A stretch of DNA of 64,000 bases, taken from the NCBI GenBank assembly GCA_045598525.1, contig JAZLMH010000028.1, positions 14,725 through 78,724 of the forward strand, written 5' to 3'. Position numbers and translations under genes: made by a program. Shown here one piece after another: positions 10,721 to 19,649 of the stretch. Within the stretch, counting starts at the first letter, position 1; each line of letters opens with the position of its first letter. This DNA is from Bacilli bacterium. Its GTDB lineage: Bacteria; Bacillota_I; Bacilli_A; RFN20; CAG-826. The notes under the pieces are model-generated. The model was given only the letters and a program-made list of their open reading frames with translations, was not told the origin of the DNA and ran no database searches.

Positions 10721-10968
10721 TTTTTACAAAACAGGCAATAAAAGATTTTGAAAAGGTAAAAACTAATCCATCTCTTTTGAAGAAAGTTAGATCTTTATTA
10801 ACTTTAATCGAAAATAATCCTTTTGCTATTCCGCCATCCTACGAGAAACTCGTTGGTTTAGATTCCGTTTATTCCCGTAGGATTAACTTGCAGCATCGTT
10901 TGGTGTATCAAGTCTATGAAAGTGAGAAAACAATTAAAATCATCAGAATGCGGCCATATTACGAATAA
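10711..10968 (+). CDS. yoeB: Type II toxin, Txe/YoeB family (C-terminal catalytic His apparently lost)
   Basis: 'PPSYEKLVG', 'YSRRINLQHRLVYQV'. Confidence 0.88.
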   Translation: MEIVFTKQAIKDFEKVKTNPSLLKKVRSLLTLIENNPFAIPPSYEKLVGLDSVYSRRINLQHRLVYQVYESEKTIKIIRMRPYYE

Positions 10969-11083
10969 ATTAGCATAACAAGCAACCTAATTAGACGTCC
11001 TCCCAAATATTTAACTAGAGCATTAACCGCAAAAACCTTTTGTGGCATATATCTTTAAAACTAGTAGAATAGTCATGCTAATT

Positions 11084-12088
11084 ATGAAACACATCAATAA
11101 AGTATCTTTTATCGGAACAGGTGCTTGGGCTACGGCTCTGGCTAATGTCACATCATCTAACGGCATAGAAACCGTGATGTATGGCATCATCCCAAGCGAA
11201 GTTAATGAAATAAACGAAAAACACACAAACTCAAAATATCTTGGTGATATTGCGGTTAATCCTACTGTCAAGGCAACCCTTAACATTGAAGAGTCGGTAG
11301 AAAACGCTGACATCATTTGCATCGCCGTTCCTTCAACTGCAATCGCAACCGTCGTAAATCAAATCAAACATCACCTTAATAAAGACGTCATTATCCTTAA
11401 CGTCGCAAAAGGATTTGAGAAAACAACAAGGCTCACGATGGTTCAATATATCGAAACCATCATCAACAAAGATGACGTATTTGGCATTGTCTCTTTAGTG
11501 GGTCCTAGCTTTGCAGAAGAAGTAGCAAGCAAATCGCTAACCGCGGTTGTTGCATCGAGCGAGAACGAAGAAGCCGCTAAAATCGTCCAGCAAGCATTCT
11601 CAAATGACTGGATTCGCGTTTACACAAACACAGACGTCATAGGCGCATCGATTTGCTCATCCCTCAAAAACGTCATCGCTTTAGCTAGCGGCATCCTTTC
11701 CGGCTTAGATATGAAAGCAAACCCTCAAGCCGCTTTGATCACTAGAGGCATGGCGGAGATAACTCGTTTTGTCATCGCGATGGGTGGCAAACCTGAAACA
11801 TGTTTAGGCTTAACTGGCATCGGCGATCTCGTCTTAACGTGCACAAGCAAAACAAGTAGAAACTTCCAAGCAGGATACATGATTGCCAAATACGGTCTTG
11901 ACTACTTCAAGAAGAATTACGAAAAAACGGTTGAAGGCATATTTGCATGCGAAATTGCTAAAGAAATCGCAGAAGAAAAAGGAATATACGCTCCAATTGT
12001 TTGCTCAGTATACAATTCAGTGTTCTTAGGCAAATCTCCAAAAGAAGAAGTCTATCGTTTAATGAAGAACGCTCTTAAGAGCGAATAA
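11084..12088 (+). CDS. gpsA: NAD(P)H-dependent glycerol-3-phosphate dehydrogenase
   Basis: GTGAWATALA, 'GPSFAEEV', 'LKNVIALASG', 'GDLVLTC..SRN'. Confidence 0.95.
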   Translation: MKHINKVSFIGTGAWATALANVTSSNGIETVMYGIIPSEVNEINEKHTNSKYLGDIAVNPTVKATLNIEESVENADIICIAVPSTAIATVVNQIKHHLNKDVIILNVAKGFEKTTRLTMVQYIETIINKDDVFGIVSLVGPSFAEEVASKSLTAVVASSENEEAAKIVQQAFSNDWIRVYTNTDVIGASICSSLKNVIALASGILSGLDMKANPQAALITRGMAEITRFVIAMGGKPETCLGLTGIGDLVLTCTSKTSRNFQAGYMIAKYGLDYFKKNYEKTVEGIFACEIAKEIAEEKGIYAPIVCSVYNSVFLGKSPKEEVYRLMKNALKSE

Positions 12089-12105
12089 ACACAAAAACAA
12101 ATATT

Positions 12106-12134
12106 AAAAACCACGAAACAAATTCGTGGTTTTT
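12106..12134 (+). terminator. Intrinsic terminator after gpsA
   Basis: aaaaaccacgaa-acaaa-ttcgtggttttt. Confidence 0.75.
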
Positions 12135-12148
12135 GTTATAATCTCCAC

Positions 12149-13012
12149 ATGGATATCAAAGAAAGATCTATAAAACTCGGAATCGTCCTTGAAGGCGGAG
12201 CTATGAGAGGCATGTATACTGCCGGTGTTTTAGACACCTTCATGGAGTGTGGATTAAAGCCAGACATGTTTGTCGGAGTCTCTGCCGGTGCTCTCTTTGG
12301 TGTCAATTTCCTCTCAGGTCAAAAGGGCAGGGCAATCCGTTATAACTGCAAATATAACAAAGATAAGAATTATTTAGGCCTTAGACCACTTCTAAAAGAA
12401 GGCAATATCATCTCAACCGAGTACGCATATTATAGGGTCCCTCACGAATTAGATCCTTTTGATGATGAAGCATATAAAAATAACCCTGCAAAGTTCTATG
12501 CGGTAATAACCAATATGGAAACCGCTAAACCTGAATACGTTCATATCACCAGCGTTTTCGAGCAAATGGACACCCTTCGTGCTTCTGGTTCTATGCCTGC
12601 GGTATCTAAGCCAGTTGTCCTTGATAACAAAGAATATCTTGACGGAGCAATAGGGGATAACATCCCATTCAATTGGATGCTTAATCAAGATGTCGATAAA
12701 GTCGTGGTTATCCTCACAAGGGACGTGTCATATAAAAAGAAACCAATGCTTAAGATAATGGTGAACAAATATAAGAAGAAGTACCCATTATTCGCTAAAG
12801 CAATGGCGAATAGACACGTCTTATATAACTCGCAAGTTGAAGAATTAAAGAAGCTCGAAATCGAAGGCAAGGTCTTCGTCATCAGGCCTTCGATGGAAGT
12901 GAAGATAAGCCGCACCGAAAGAAATGAGAAAAAGCTTAGAAACATATACGCTTTAGGGCAAAAAGACGCCAAAGAACGTTATGAAGCTTTGCTTGAATAC
13001 TTAGAAAAGTAA
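12149..13012 (+). CDS. Patatin-like phospholipase
   Basis: 'EGGAMRG', GxSxG 'GVSAG', 'DGA'. Confidence 0.9.
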   Translation: MDIKERSIKLGIVLEGGAMRGMYTAGVLDTFMECGLKPDMFVGVSAGALFGVNFLSGQKGRAIRYNCKYNKDKNYLGLRPLLKEGNIISTEYAYYRVPHELDPFDDEAYKNNPAKFYAVITNMETAKPEYVHITSVFEQMDTLRASGSMPAVSKPVVLDNKEYLDGAIGDNIPFNWMLNQDVDKVVVILTRDVSYKKKPMLKIMVNKYKKKYPLFAKAMANRHVLYNSQVEELKKLEIEGKVFVIRPSMEVKISRTERNEKKLRNIYALGQKDAKERYEALLEYLEK

Positions 13013-13027
13013 AAGGAGAAGAAAAGA

Positions 13028-13738
13028 ATGAAAAACTACAAAGCCATACTCTTCGATATGGATGGCACCTTGGTCCCAATGGACATCGACGCCTTCACAA
13101 ACGGATATTTCAAAATCTTATGTAAGAAACTCGCCCACCATAACATCCCTAGCGAGATGATCGTCAAATGTATCTGGGCAGGCACCAAAGCCATGGTCAT
13201 GAATGATGGCAATAAAACCAACGAAGAAGTCTTCTGGGAGAAATTCGAATCCCTCATGCCAAACGCAAAAAGCCTTCTTGAAGAAGAATGCAAAGACTTC
13301 TATGGCAATGAATTCAAACAAGCAATCGCCTTCACTTCGCCAAACCCATTAGCAAAAGAAGCAGTGGAATTAGCAAAATCAAAAGGCAAGACAGTCATTC
13401 TTGCAACAAACCCTCTCTTCCCTATGCCAGGCCAGGTAACAAGAATGGGATATATTGGATTAGTCCCATCTGACTTTGCTTATGTTTCTTCATTCGAATG
13501 TGAAAGATTCTGTAAACCAAATCCTAATTACTACAAAGACGTATTAATGAAGAACAACTTAAAGCCAGAAGAATGCCTTATGGTCGGCAACGATGAATAC
13601 GAAGACGCTTGGAGCGCTTCAACCTTAGGAATGGATTGCTATCTCATAACAGATTGCCTAATCCCAAGCGATAAATATCATCACGTAGGACAAAGAGGCA
13701 CATTCAAAGAATTCTTCGAATATCTCAAAACCCTATAG
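13028..13738 (+). CDS. HAD-superfamily hydrolase
   Basis: 'FDMDGTL', 'LATNP', 'CKPNP', 'MVGND'. Confidence 0.9.
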   Translation: MKNYKAILFDMDGTLVPMDIDAFTNGYFKILCKKLAHHNIPSEMIVKCIWAGTKAMVMNDGNKTNEEVFWEKFESLMPNAKSLLEEECKDFYGNEFKQAIAFTSPNPLAKEAVELAKSKGKTVILATNPLFPMPGQVTRMGYIGLVPSDFAYVSSFECERFCKPNPNYYKDVLMKNNLKPEECLMVGNDEYEDAWSASTLGMDCYLITDCLIPSDKYHHVGQRGTFKEFFEYLKTL

Positions 13739-13751
13739 AGAATAACAAATT

Positions 13752-13780
13752 GCGACCTTGAAAAAGATCGCTTTTTCTTT
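13752..13780 (+). terminator. Intrinsic terminator
   Basis: gcgacctt-gaa-aaagatcgc followed by a T-rich tract. Confidence 0.55.
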
Positions 13781-13934
13781 TGCGACACCGCGTACAAATC
13801 AAGTCAAAAACTCTCATTTTTCTAGATGGTGACTGGTTTATTTCTCTTTTAAAATTCCAACGTTAGTTATAAACTAACTGTAACAAATAGATTAGTTTTT
13901 AACTATTTGACTAACTTTCATAAGGAGAAACCGC

Positions 13935-15062
13935 ATGAGAAAGAATAAGTTTTTTCTTCTCGCTGGTGTCGTAGGCTTACTCGGCGCAGGCCTTTATGCT
14001 GCTAAAGAACAAGCCAAAACCCCAGTCATTGAAGAAATGAAACGAGCTGTCGGTGGCGAGACTCTTTTACTTGAAGCAGAAAACGCTTATGTAACAGGAT
14101 CATCACACGTCGATGGCCATGATTTCGTTGAAGTCGGAAAGACCAGCGATAATCCAGCTCATCCAACAAGCGGCGGTAACAGCATCGGCTATTGGGCAGT
14201 CGCAGGCAACAAAATCACTTGGACCGTTCAAGCAACCGCAGCCGTTAGTGGCGCTACCATGGAGTGGTGGATGTGTAATGGTGACACACAAGCAAAAACA
14301 TTAAACGAGTCACTTAAAGTCACAATCAACGGAGCTACCGTTGCTTGGCAAACAAGCCAAATCCAGGGCAGAGAAGGAAACAAATGGGCAAACTGGGCTG
14401 CAATCAATGGAGGAGCAGCTTCCTTCAAAGCAGGCAGAAACATCATCGTCCTTGAGAACTTGGATGGCATGAACGCAGCAGTCGATTGCCTTAACATTGG
14501 CCTTCCAGCAGGCGCACAGGCAGTTGTCGAAGTCCCAACAGACAAAGTTGCACCAACTCTTACGAATCTTGGAGTAGAAGGATCTCCAAAAGTCGGAGAT
14601 GAAGTCAAAATCAAATATGACCTCACTGATGACATCAACACTGCAGCAGAATGCAAAGTCGAATTATCCGTCACATACGAAAAAGGCACAAAACATTCTG
14701 AAAAAGTCGAAGTCGCTAATGGCAAATTCACCGCAGCAAAAGGCGGCAAATATTCAATCACAGCTACCGCAGAAGATGAAACCGGCAACAAAACCGCAGA
14801 AGTCAAAGCAGAAGTTCAGATTGGCGAATATGTAGAAGGCGGCGAAGCAGCACCTGAAAGCACACCAGCAAAACCAAATAACGGTGGCAACCAGGCAGCT
14901 CCACAAAGACAGTGGGAAGACAAAGATACCGGCATGGTCGTCTTTGGCGTCACAACAGGCTTATCGGTCTTATTGATCGCTGCAATGATCGTTATCAGAA
15001 AACTCAGACCTGATTTGTTCGAGAAAAAGAATGAAGAGCAATCATCTTCATCTGATAAATAA
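13935..15062 (+). CDS. Surface protein with CBM6/CBM35-like module, Ig-like domain and C-terminal TM anchor
   Basis: Signal peptide; 'LEAENA', 'FKAGRNIIVL', 'VDCL'; 'D.VAPTL...GKYSITATAEDETGNKT'; C-terminal TM with basic tail. Confidence 0.6.
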   Translation: MRKNKFFLLAGVVGLLGAGLYAAKEQAKTPVIEEMKRAVGGETLLLEAENAYVTGSSHVDGHDFVEVGKTSDNPAHPTSGGNSIGYWAVAGNKITWTVQATAAVSGATMEWWMCNGDTQAKTLNESLKVTINGATVAWQTSQIQGREGNKWANWAAINGGAASFKAGRNIIVLENLDGMNAAVDCLNIGLPAGAQAVVEVPTDKVAPTLTNLGVEGSPKVGDEVKIKYDLTDDINTAAECKVELSVTYEKGTKHSEKVEVANGKFTAAKGGKYSITATAEDETGNKTAEVKAEVQIGEYVEGGEAAPESTPAKPNNGGNQAAPQRQWEDKDTGMVVFGVTTGLSVLLIAAMIVIRKLRPDLFEKKNEEQSSSSDK

Positions 15063-15079
15063 TTAGGAGGAAACAGCAA

Positions 15080-17968
15080 ATGACACATTATCTTGAAATT
15101 GCTGGTCAGGACATCGCTACCTGGGATTGGTGGGTATCTCTTACAATCTTTGGCATCGCTCTCCTTGCCCTCACATTGACATACTTCGTCGTTAGATTCG
15201 TCCTTGCCTTTGTCGGCAAAAAGGAAGCCGCTAAGAAAGGTGGAAAGATCGTCACCCGCATCGTCACCCCAATCATTGGTGGCCTTGCCCTTATTGGTAT
15301 GATCGGCGCTCCAGTCCTTGTCACAAACTGGTCAAACATCTATATGGCTATTACTGGTAACGCTGGTATTGGAGCTATCGACACAGAATCATCAAAGTTA
15401 GCAGCAGCAGAAGCAGCTGAGAACATTGTCACAATCCAAAAAGAAGGCACAACACTTCTTAGAAACGAAAATAACTGCCTCCCACTTAATGTTGAAACAA
15501 ACAAAAAGGTCAACATCTTCGGTGCAGGCGCTTATGGTATGTTCTATGGCAACGGTGGTTCTGGCGCTGTCCAAACAACCTACCGTCCAAACTCTGCTCA
15601 TAAAGATAGACAAGTAGTCAAATTCGAAGAAGCCATGAAAGAAGCAGGCTTCGAAATCAACGAAAACCTCTTTAACCTCGTTAAGAACTACTTCCCTGTC
15701 ACAGCAGGAAACACAGAAACATCAAACTCTGATAGACCTTCACGTACCCCATATTCAATCGCTCCATCCGATAACAAAATCGAATGTGGCGTTAACACAT
15801 ATGGCTACCCTGAAATCGTCAGAACCTGTCTCCCATACAACCATGAACCAGAAAGAAGCGCATATGAGCAGACCTATCCACAGATCGAGTCTGGCAAAAC
15901 ACTTCTCGAAGACGCAAAAGAATTTAGTGACACCGCATTCTTCGCCATCTCCCGTTATGGCACAGAAGATAGCGATATGAACTATAGCGAACTCACCCTC
16001 AAGAAGAATGAAAGAGAAGTCATCTCCATGCTTAGAGAGAACTTCGAGAAAGTCATCATCCTTCTTAACGTTTCCCACGCTATGGAACTTGGTGAGCTCG
16101 AAGAACTCGGCGTTGATGCAATCATGTTGATCGGTCAGCCAGGCTTAACCGGCAACACCGCAGTCGCATCAATCATCAAAGGCGAAACAAACCCATCAGG
16201 CAAACTTACTGATACATGGGCATATGACGTTAAGTCCGCTCCTTCCTATCAGTTCATGGGAAATGACACAACCCAGACCTACTCAAATAGCAACGAATCA
16301 TATGTTGCTTACACTGAAGGCATCTACGTTGGTTACCGTTATTATGTAACCCGTGGCATGACCGATCCAAACTTCAACTATAGTGATATGGTTCAGTATT
16401 CCTTCGGTCATGGTAAGAGCTACACCACATTCGATAAGTGGATTGCAGCCCACACACTTGATAAAGATACAGGCAAAGGCAAAATCACAGTCTCTGTCAA
16501 AAACACCGGTGAAAGAGCAGGCAAAGAAGTCGTTGAGCTTTATAGCCACGCTCCATACACTGGCAAAATCGAAAAATCATATTACAACCTCTTCGCGTTC
16601 AAGAAGACCAACGTCATTGAACCAGGAGACACAAAAACATACGAAATCGAATATAACCTCAGAGACTTAGCATCATGGGATAGCGAAGAAGGCTACTATG
16701 TCAACGAAGCAGGCGACTACGAGCTCTCTCTTAGAGATAACGTATGGGATTTAAGTGTTTCTCAGGGCCACGACAACACAATCAAATTCAACCTCCCACT
16801 CATTGAATACAAAACTTCATATCAGACAGAGGTCGAATACTCCAAGCAGTTCATCGATGCAGAAGAAGGTCCAACCGACACTCCATTAACATATCTCAAA
16901 CAAAGCGATTGGGATGGAACATGGACATCCACAAGCGACCTTAGAAGAGTCGCCCTTGATTCACGTCACAATGAGCAACTCAACATCCAGTCAAAGAAAT
17001 GGTCAGATAACCAAGTCGATGAAGGCGATATCACCGTAGGCGAAGACAATGGTCTCACATTAAGAGATCTCAAAAACGCTGATTGGGATGATGATAGATG
17101 GGAACCACTCATCAACCAGATGTCAGTCAGAGATCTTGAAAACTTAGTCGAACATGGTGGCTTCCAAACAGCTGAAATCAGATCGATCGGCAAAGCAAAA
17201 GCAACCGACTACGACGGTCCTGCAGCAGCATTCCACTCCGGTTCAGGTCACCCAAGCGGTGTCATCATCGGTGGTTCATGGAATATTGACGCAGCTGTCT
17301 TATTCGGCGAATCAATTGGTAAAGAAGGCGCAGCATCAGGCTTAACCGGCTGGTACGCTCCTGGTATCAACATTCACCGTTCTCCATTCGGCGGACGTAA
17401 CTTCGAATACTATTCAGAAGATCCACTCATCTCAGGCATGATGGCAGGCTACACATCAAAAGGCACAATGGAATATGGTGTTTACTGCTACGCAAAACAC
17501 ATGGCTCTTAACGATCAGGAAAAGAACCGTGTCAAAGTCAACACCTGGTGCAATGAACAAGCAATCCGTGAAATCTATCTCCGTCCATTCGAACTCTATT
17601 CAGATTTAGGCGGTATTGGTTACATGACATCCTTCAACCGTATCGGCGCTACATGGTCCGGTGCACATGAAGGCATGCTTACCCAAGTCGTCCGTAATGA
17701 ATGGGGCTTCCATGGCGTTGTCGTCACTGACTATGTCAATGACCACAGCTACATGGGCGTTGCTCAAGGTTTAAGAGCGCAAAATGACCTCTACCTTGAC
17801 CCAAATAACTCATCATCAACTGCAGTCACTGCATATAACAACACACCAAACGATATGATCAAACTCATGAAGAGAAGTGCTAAAAACATCCTCTTTGCAT
17901 GTGCTCACTCAAATAACGTTTGGGATGCAGCAGACTTCGAAGCAGTCGGCATCACGCTTGAAAAATAG
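15080..17968 (+). CDS. Membrane-anchored GH3 beta-glucosidase-like enzyme with permuted domain order
   Basis: 'LLRNENNCLPL', 'NPSGKLTDTW', 'EGIYVGYRYY' precede 'DGP', 'RSPFGGRNFEYYSEDP', 'KH', nucleophile 'VVTDY'. Confidence 0.9.
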   Translation: MTHYLEIAGQDIATWDWWVSLTIFGIALLALTLTYFVVRFVLAFVGKKEAAKKGGKIVTRIVTPIIGGLALIGMIGAPVLVTNWSNIYMAITGNAGIGAIDTESSKLAAAEAAENIVTIQKEGTTLLRNENNCLPLNVETNKKVNIFGAGAYGMFYGNGGSGAVQTTYRPNSAHKDRQVVKFEEAMKEAGFEINENLFNLVKNYFPVTAGNTETSNSDRPSRTPYSIAPSDNKIECGVNTYGYPEIVRTCLPYNHEPERSAYEQTYPQIESGKTLLEDAKEFSDTAFFAISRYGTEDSDMNYSELTLKKNEREVISMLRENFEKVIILLNVSHAMELGELEELGVDAIMLIGQPGLTGNTAVASIIKGETNPSGKLTDTWAYDVKSAPSYQFMGNDTTQTYSNSNESYVAYTEGIYVGYRYYVTRGMTDPNFNYSDMVQYSFGHGKSYTTFDKWIAAHTLDKDTGKGKITVSVKNTGERAGKEVVELYSHAPYTGKIEKSYYNLFAFKKTNVIEPGDTKTYEIEYNLRDLASWDSEEGYYVNEAGDYELSLRDNVWDLSVSQGHDNTIKFNLPLIEYKTSYQTEVEYSKQFIDAEEGPTDTPLTYLKQSDWDGTWTSTSDLRRVALDSRHNEQLNIQSKKWSDNQVDEGDITVGEDNGLTLRDLKNADWDDDRWEPLINQMSVRDLENLVEHGGFQTAEIRSIGKAKATDYDGPAAAFHSGSGHPSGVIIGGSWNIDAAVLFGESIGKEGAASGLTGWYAPGINIHRSPFGGRNFEYYSEDPLISGMMAGYTSKGTMEYGVYCYAKHMALNDQEKNRVKVNTWCNEQAIREIYLRPFELYSDLGGIGYMTSFNRIGATWSGAHEGMLTQVVRNEWGFHGVVVTDYVNDHSYMGVAQGLRAQNDLYLDPNNSSSTAVTAYNNTPNDMIKLMKRSAKNILFACAHSNNVWDAADFEAVGITLEK

Positions 17969-17982
17969 TTATTAACGAAGTT

Positions 17983-18008
17983 AACAGGCTCAAAAAAGAG
18001 CCTGTTTT
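17983..18008 (+). terminator. Intrinsic terminator
   Basis: aacaggctc-aaaaaa-gagcctgtttt. Confidence 0.75.
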
Positions 18009-18138
18009 CTTTATGCGCAATTAGAAAACATAAAAAATTGCAAAAAATTGTGAATTGTAATAACCTAAAGTTGATAAATCACAAAAAAATATAAAAATTT
18101 GTGAATACTCAAAGAAAAAGGATTGGAAATCACAAAAA

Positions 18139-19272
18139 ATGGAAAGATCAGGAAAATTAATAAATAACCTTGGCGGCGAGTTAAGCTATCTATCTTTTAA
18201 ACCAACCCCACTTCAAGAGATCGTGATAGAGCAAGATCAGGAAATGATCGACCTTTTGATAAAAGCGTCATCGAAGATCGAGGCCCTGAACGCCATAACC
18301 GACCGTATTCCAAACAAAGACCTTTTTCTTGCCATGTATGTTAGGAAAGAAGCCCTTGTATCATCGCAAATAGAAGGAACGCAGTGCACACTAGAAGATT
18401 CTTTCGATCCGCATAACGAAAAGAATACAAACGCTGATATAAGCGAAGTCATCAATTACATAAAAGCGGTAGAGGCTTCAAAAGACCAATTAAATGATCT
18501 TCCTCTTTGCAACAGGCTAATAAAATTTGCCCACAAAGTGATGATGAACAATGTAAGAGGCAAAAACAAAACACCTGGAGAATATAGAAAAACACAAAAC
18601 TGGGTAGGAGGAACGTCCTTGGAAAACGCTAGGTATGTTCCGCCTAATGTAGAAGACATGAACATCGCCATGTCCGATTTAGAGAAATACATGAATGATG
18701 ATAACGGTTTAAATCCGTTAATAAAAACCGCTCTAATTCACTATCAATTTGAGACCATTCACCCATTCTTAGATGGAAACGGCAGAGTTGGAAGACTCTT
18801 GATTTCCTTATACCTCATGGATAAAGAAATAATCTCATCGCTTGTTCTGTATCCATCCTGTTATTTAAAAGTTAATCAAGTCGAATACTATGACCGCCTA
18901 ACCGAAGTCAGAAAGAAGGACGATTATGAGCAGTGGATCAAATTCTTCCTTGAAGGCTTATATGAAACCGCAAAAGACGCAATAGAAACGATTGACGAAT
19001 TAACAAAACTTCATGAAGAGACTCTAAGCTTATTCGATTCACTTTCTAGAACGAAAAAGAACAAAGCGATAGAAATCTTATCTTCTTTAGAAGAATGGCC
19101 TATAACTGACATCTATGGCCTCGCCAATAGAACCGGTCTTTCCTATATGAGCGTTGCTTCTTATGTCGATTATTTCCTTCAAAAAGGAATTCTTAAAATC
19201 TCTCATAGTGATGGCAAAAGAAGAATATACTTCTACGAAAAGTTCATAAGCATCATAAGAAAAGATACTTAA
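18139..19272 (+). CDS. Fic-family protein (class II, N-terminal autoinhibitory motif, probable C-terminal HTH)
   Basis: HPFLDGNGRVGR; SSQIEG. Confidence 0.92.
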   Translation: MERSGKLINNLGGELSYLSFKPTPLQEIVIEQDQEMIDLLIKASSKIEALNAITDRIPNKDLFLAMYVRKEALVSSQIEGTQCTLEDSFDPHNEKNTNADISEVINYIKAVEASKDQLNDLPLCNRLIKFAHKVMMNNVRGKNKTPGEYRKTQNWVGGTSLENARYVPPNVEDMNIAMSDLEKYMNDDNGLNPLIKTALIHYQFETIHPFLDGNGRVGRLLISLYLMDKEIISSLVLYPSCYLKVNQVEYYDRLTEVRKKDDYEQWIKFFLEGLYETAKDAIETIDELTKLHEETLSLFDSLSRTKKNKAIEILSSLEEWPITDIYGLANRTGLSYMSVASYVDYFLQKGILKISHSDGKRRIYFYEKFISIIRKDT

Positions 19273-19649
19273 ACGGCATATTTATTCATTTGGCAATTGC
19301 ATTAATCGCCATGCTTAATTCCGATTACTGTTAAAGATTCTCATAAACGTGTTGTTTTAAAAACAAGCATCCAAGACTACGAATTGGATGCGAAGAATTT
19401 CATAGAATCAATTTGGAAACAGAATCAAGATTAGTTCTTACTTCTTTGAATATGGTTATGCCAATGTTTTCCTAGGCTATATCCTGAGCCTGTTTTTTGT
19501 CATATAAAGACAATTCGCTGCATAAAAATTGCTTAGACAATAATAAACAAATGTTTATATTGCTTGAGAAACAATATAGAATTTAATGTATAAAATGTAT
19601 TGATAATACAAGAGGGTCTTATTTTTTGCCCGCCGAGAAAGGAGTTTTT

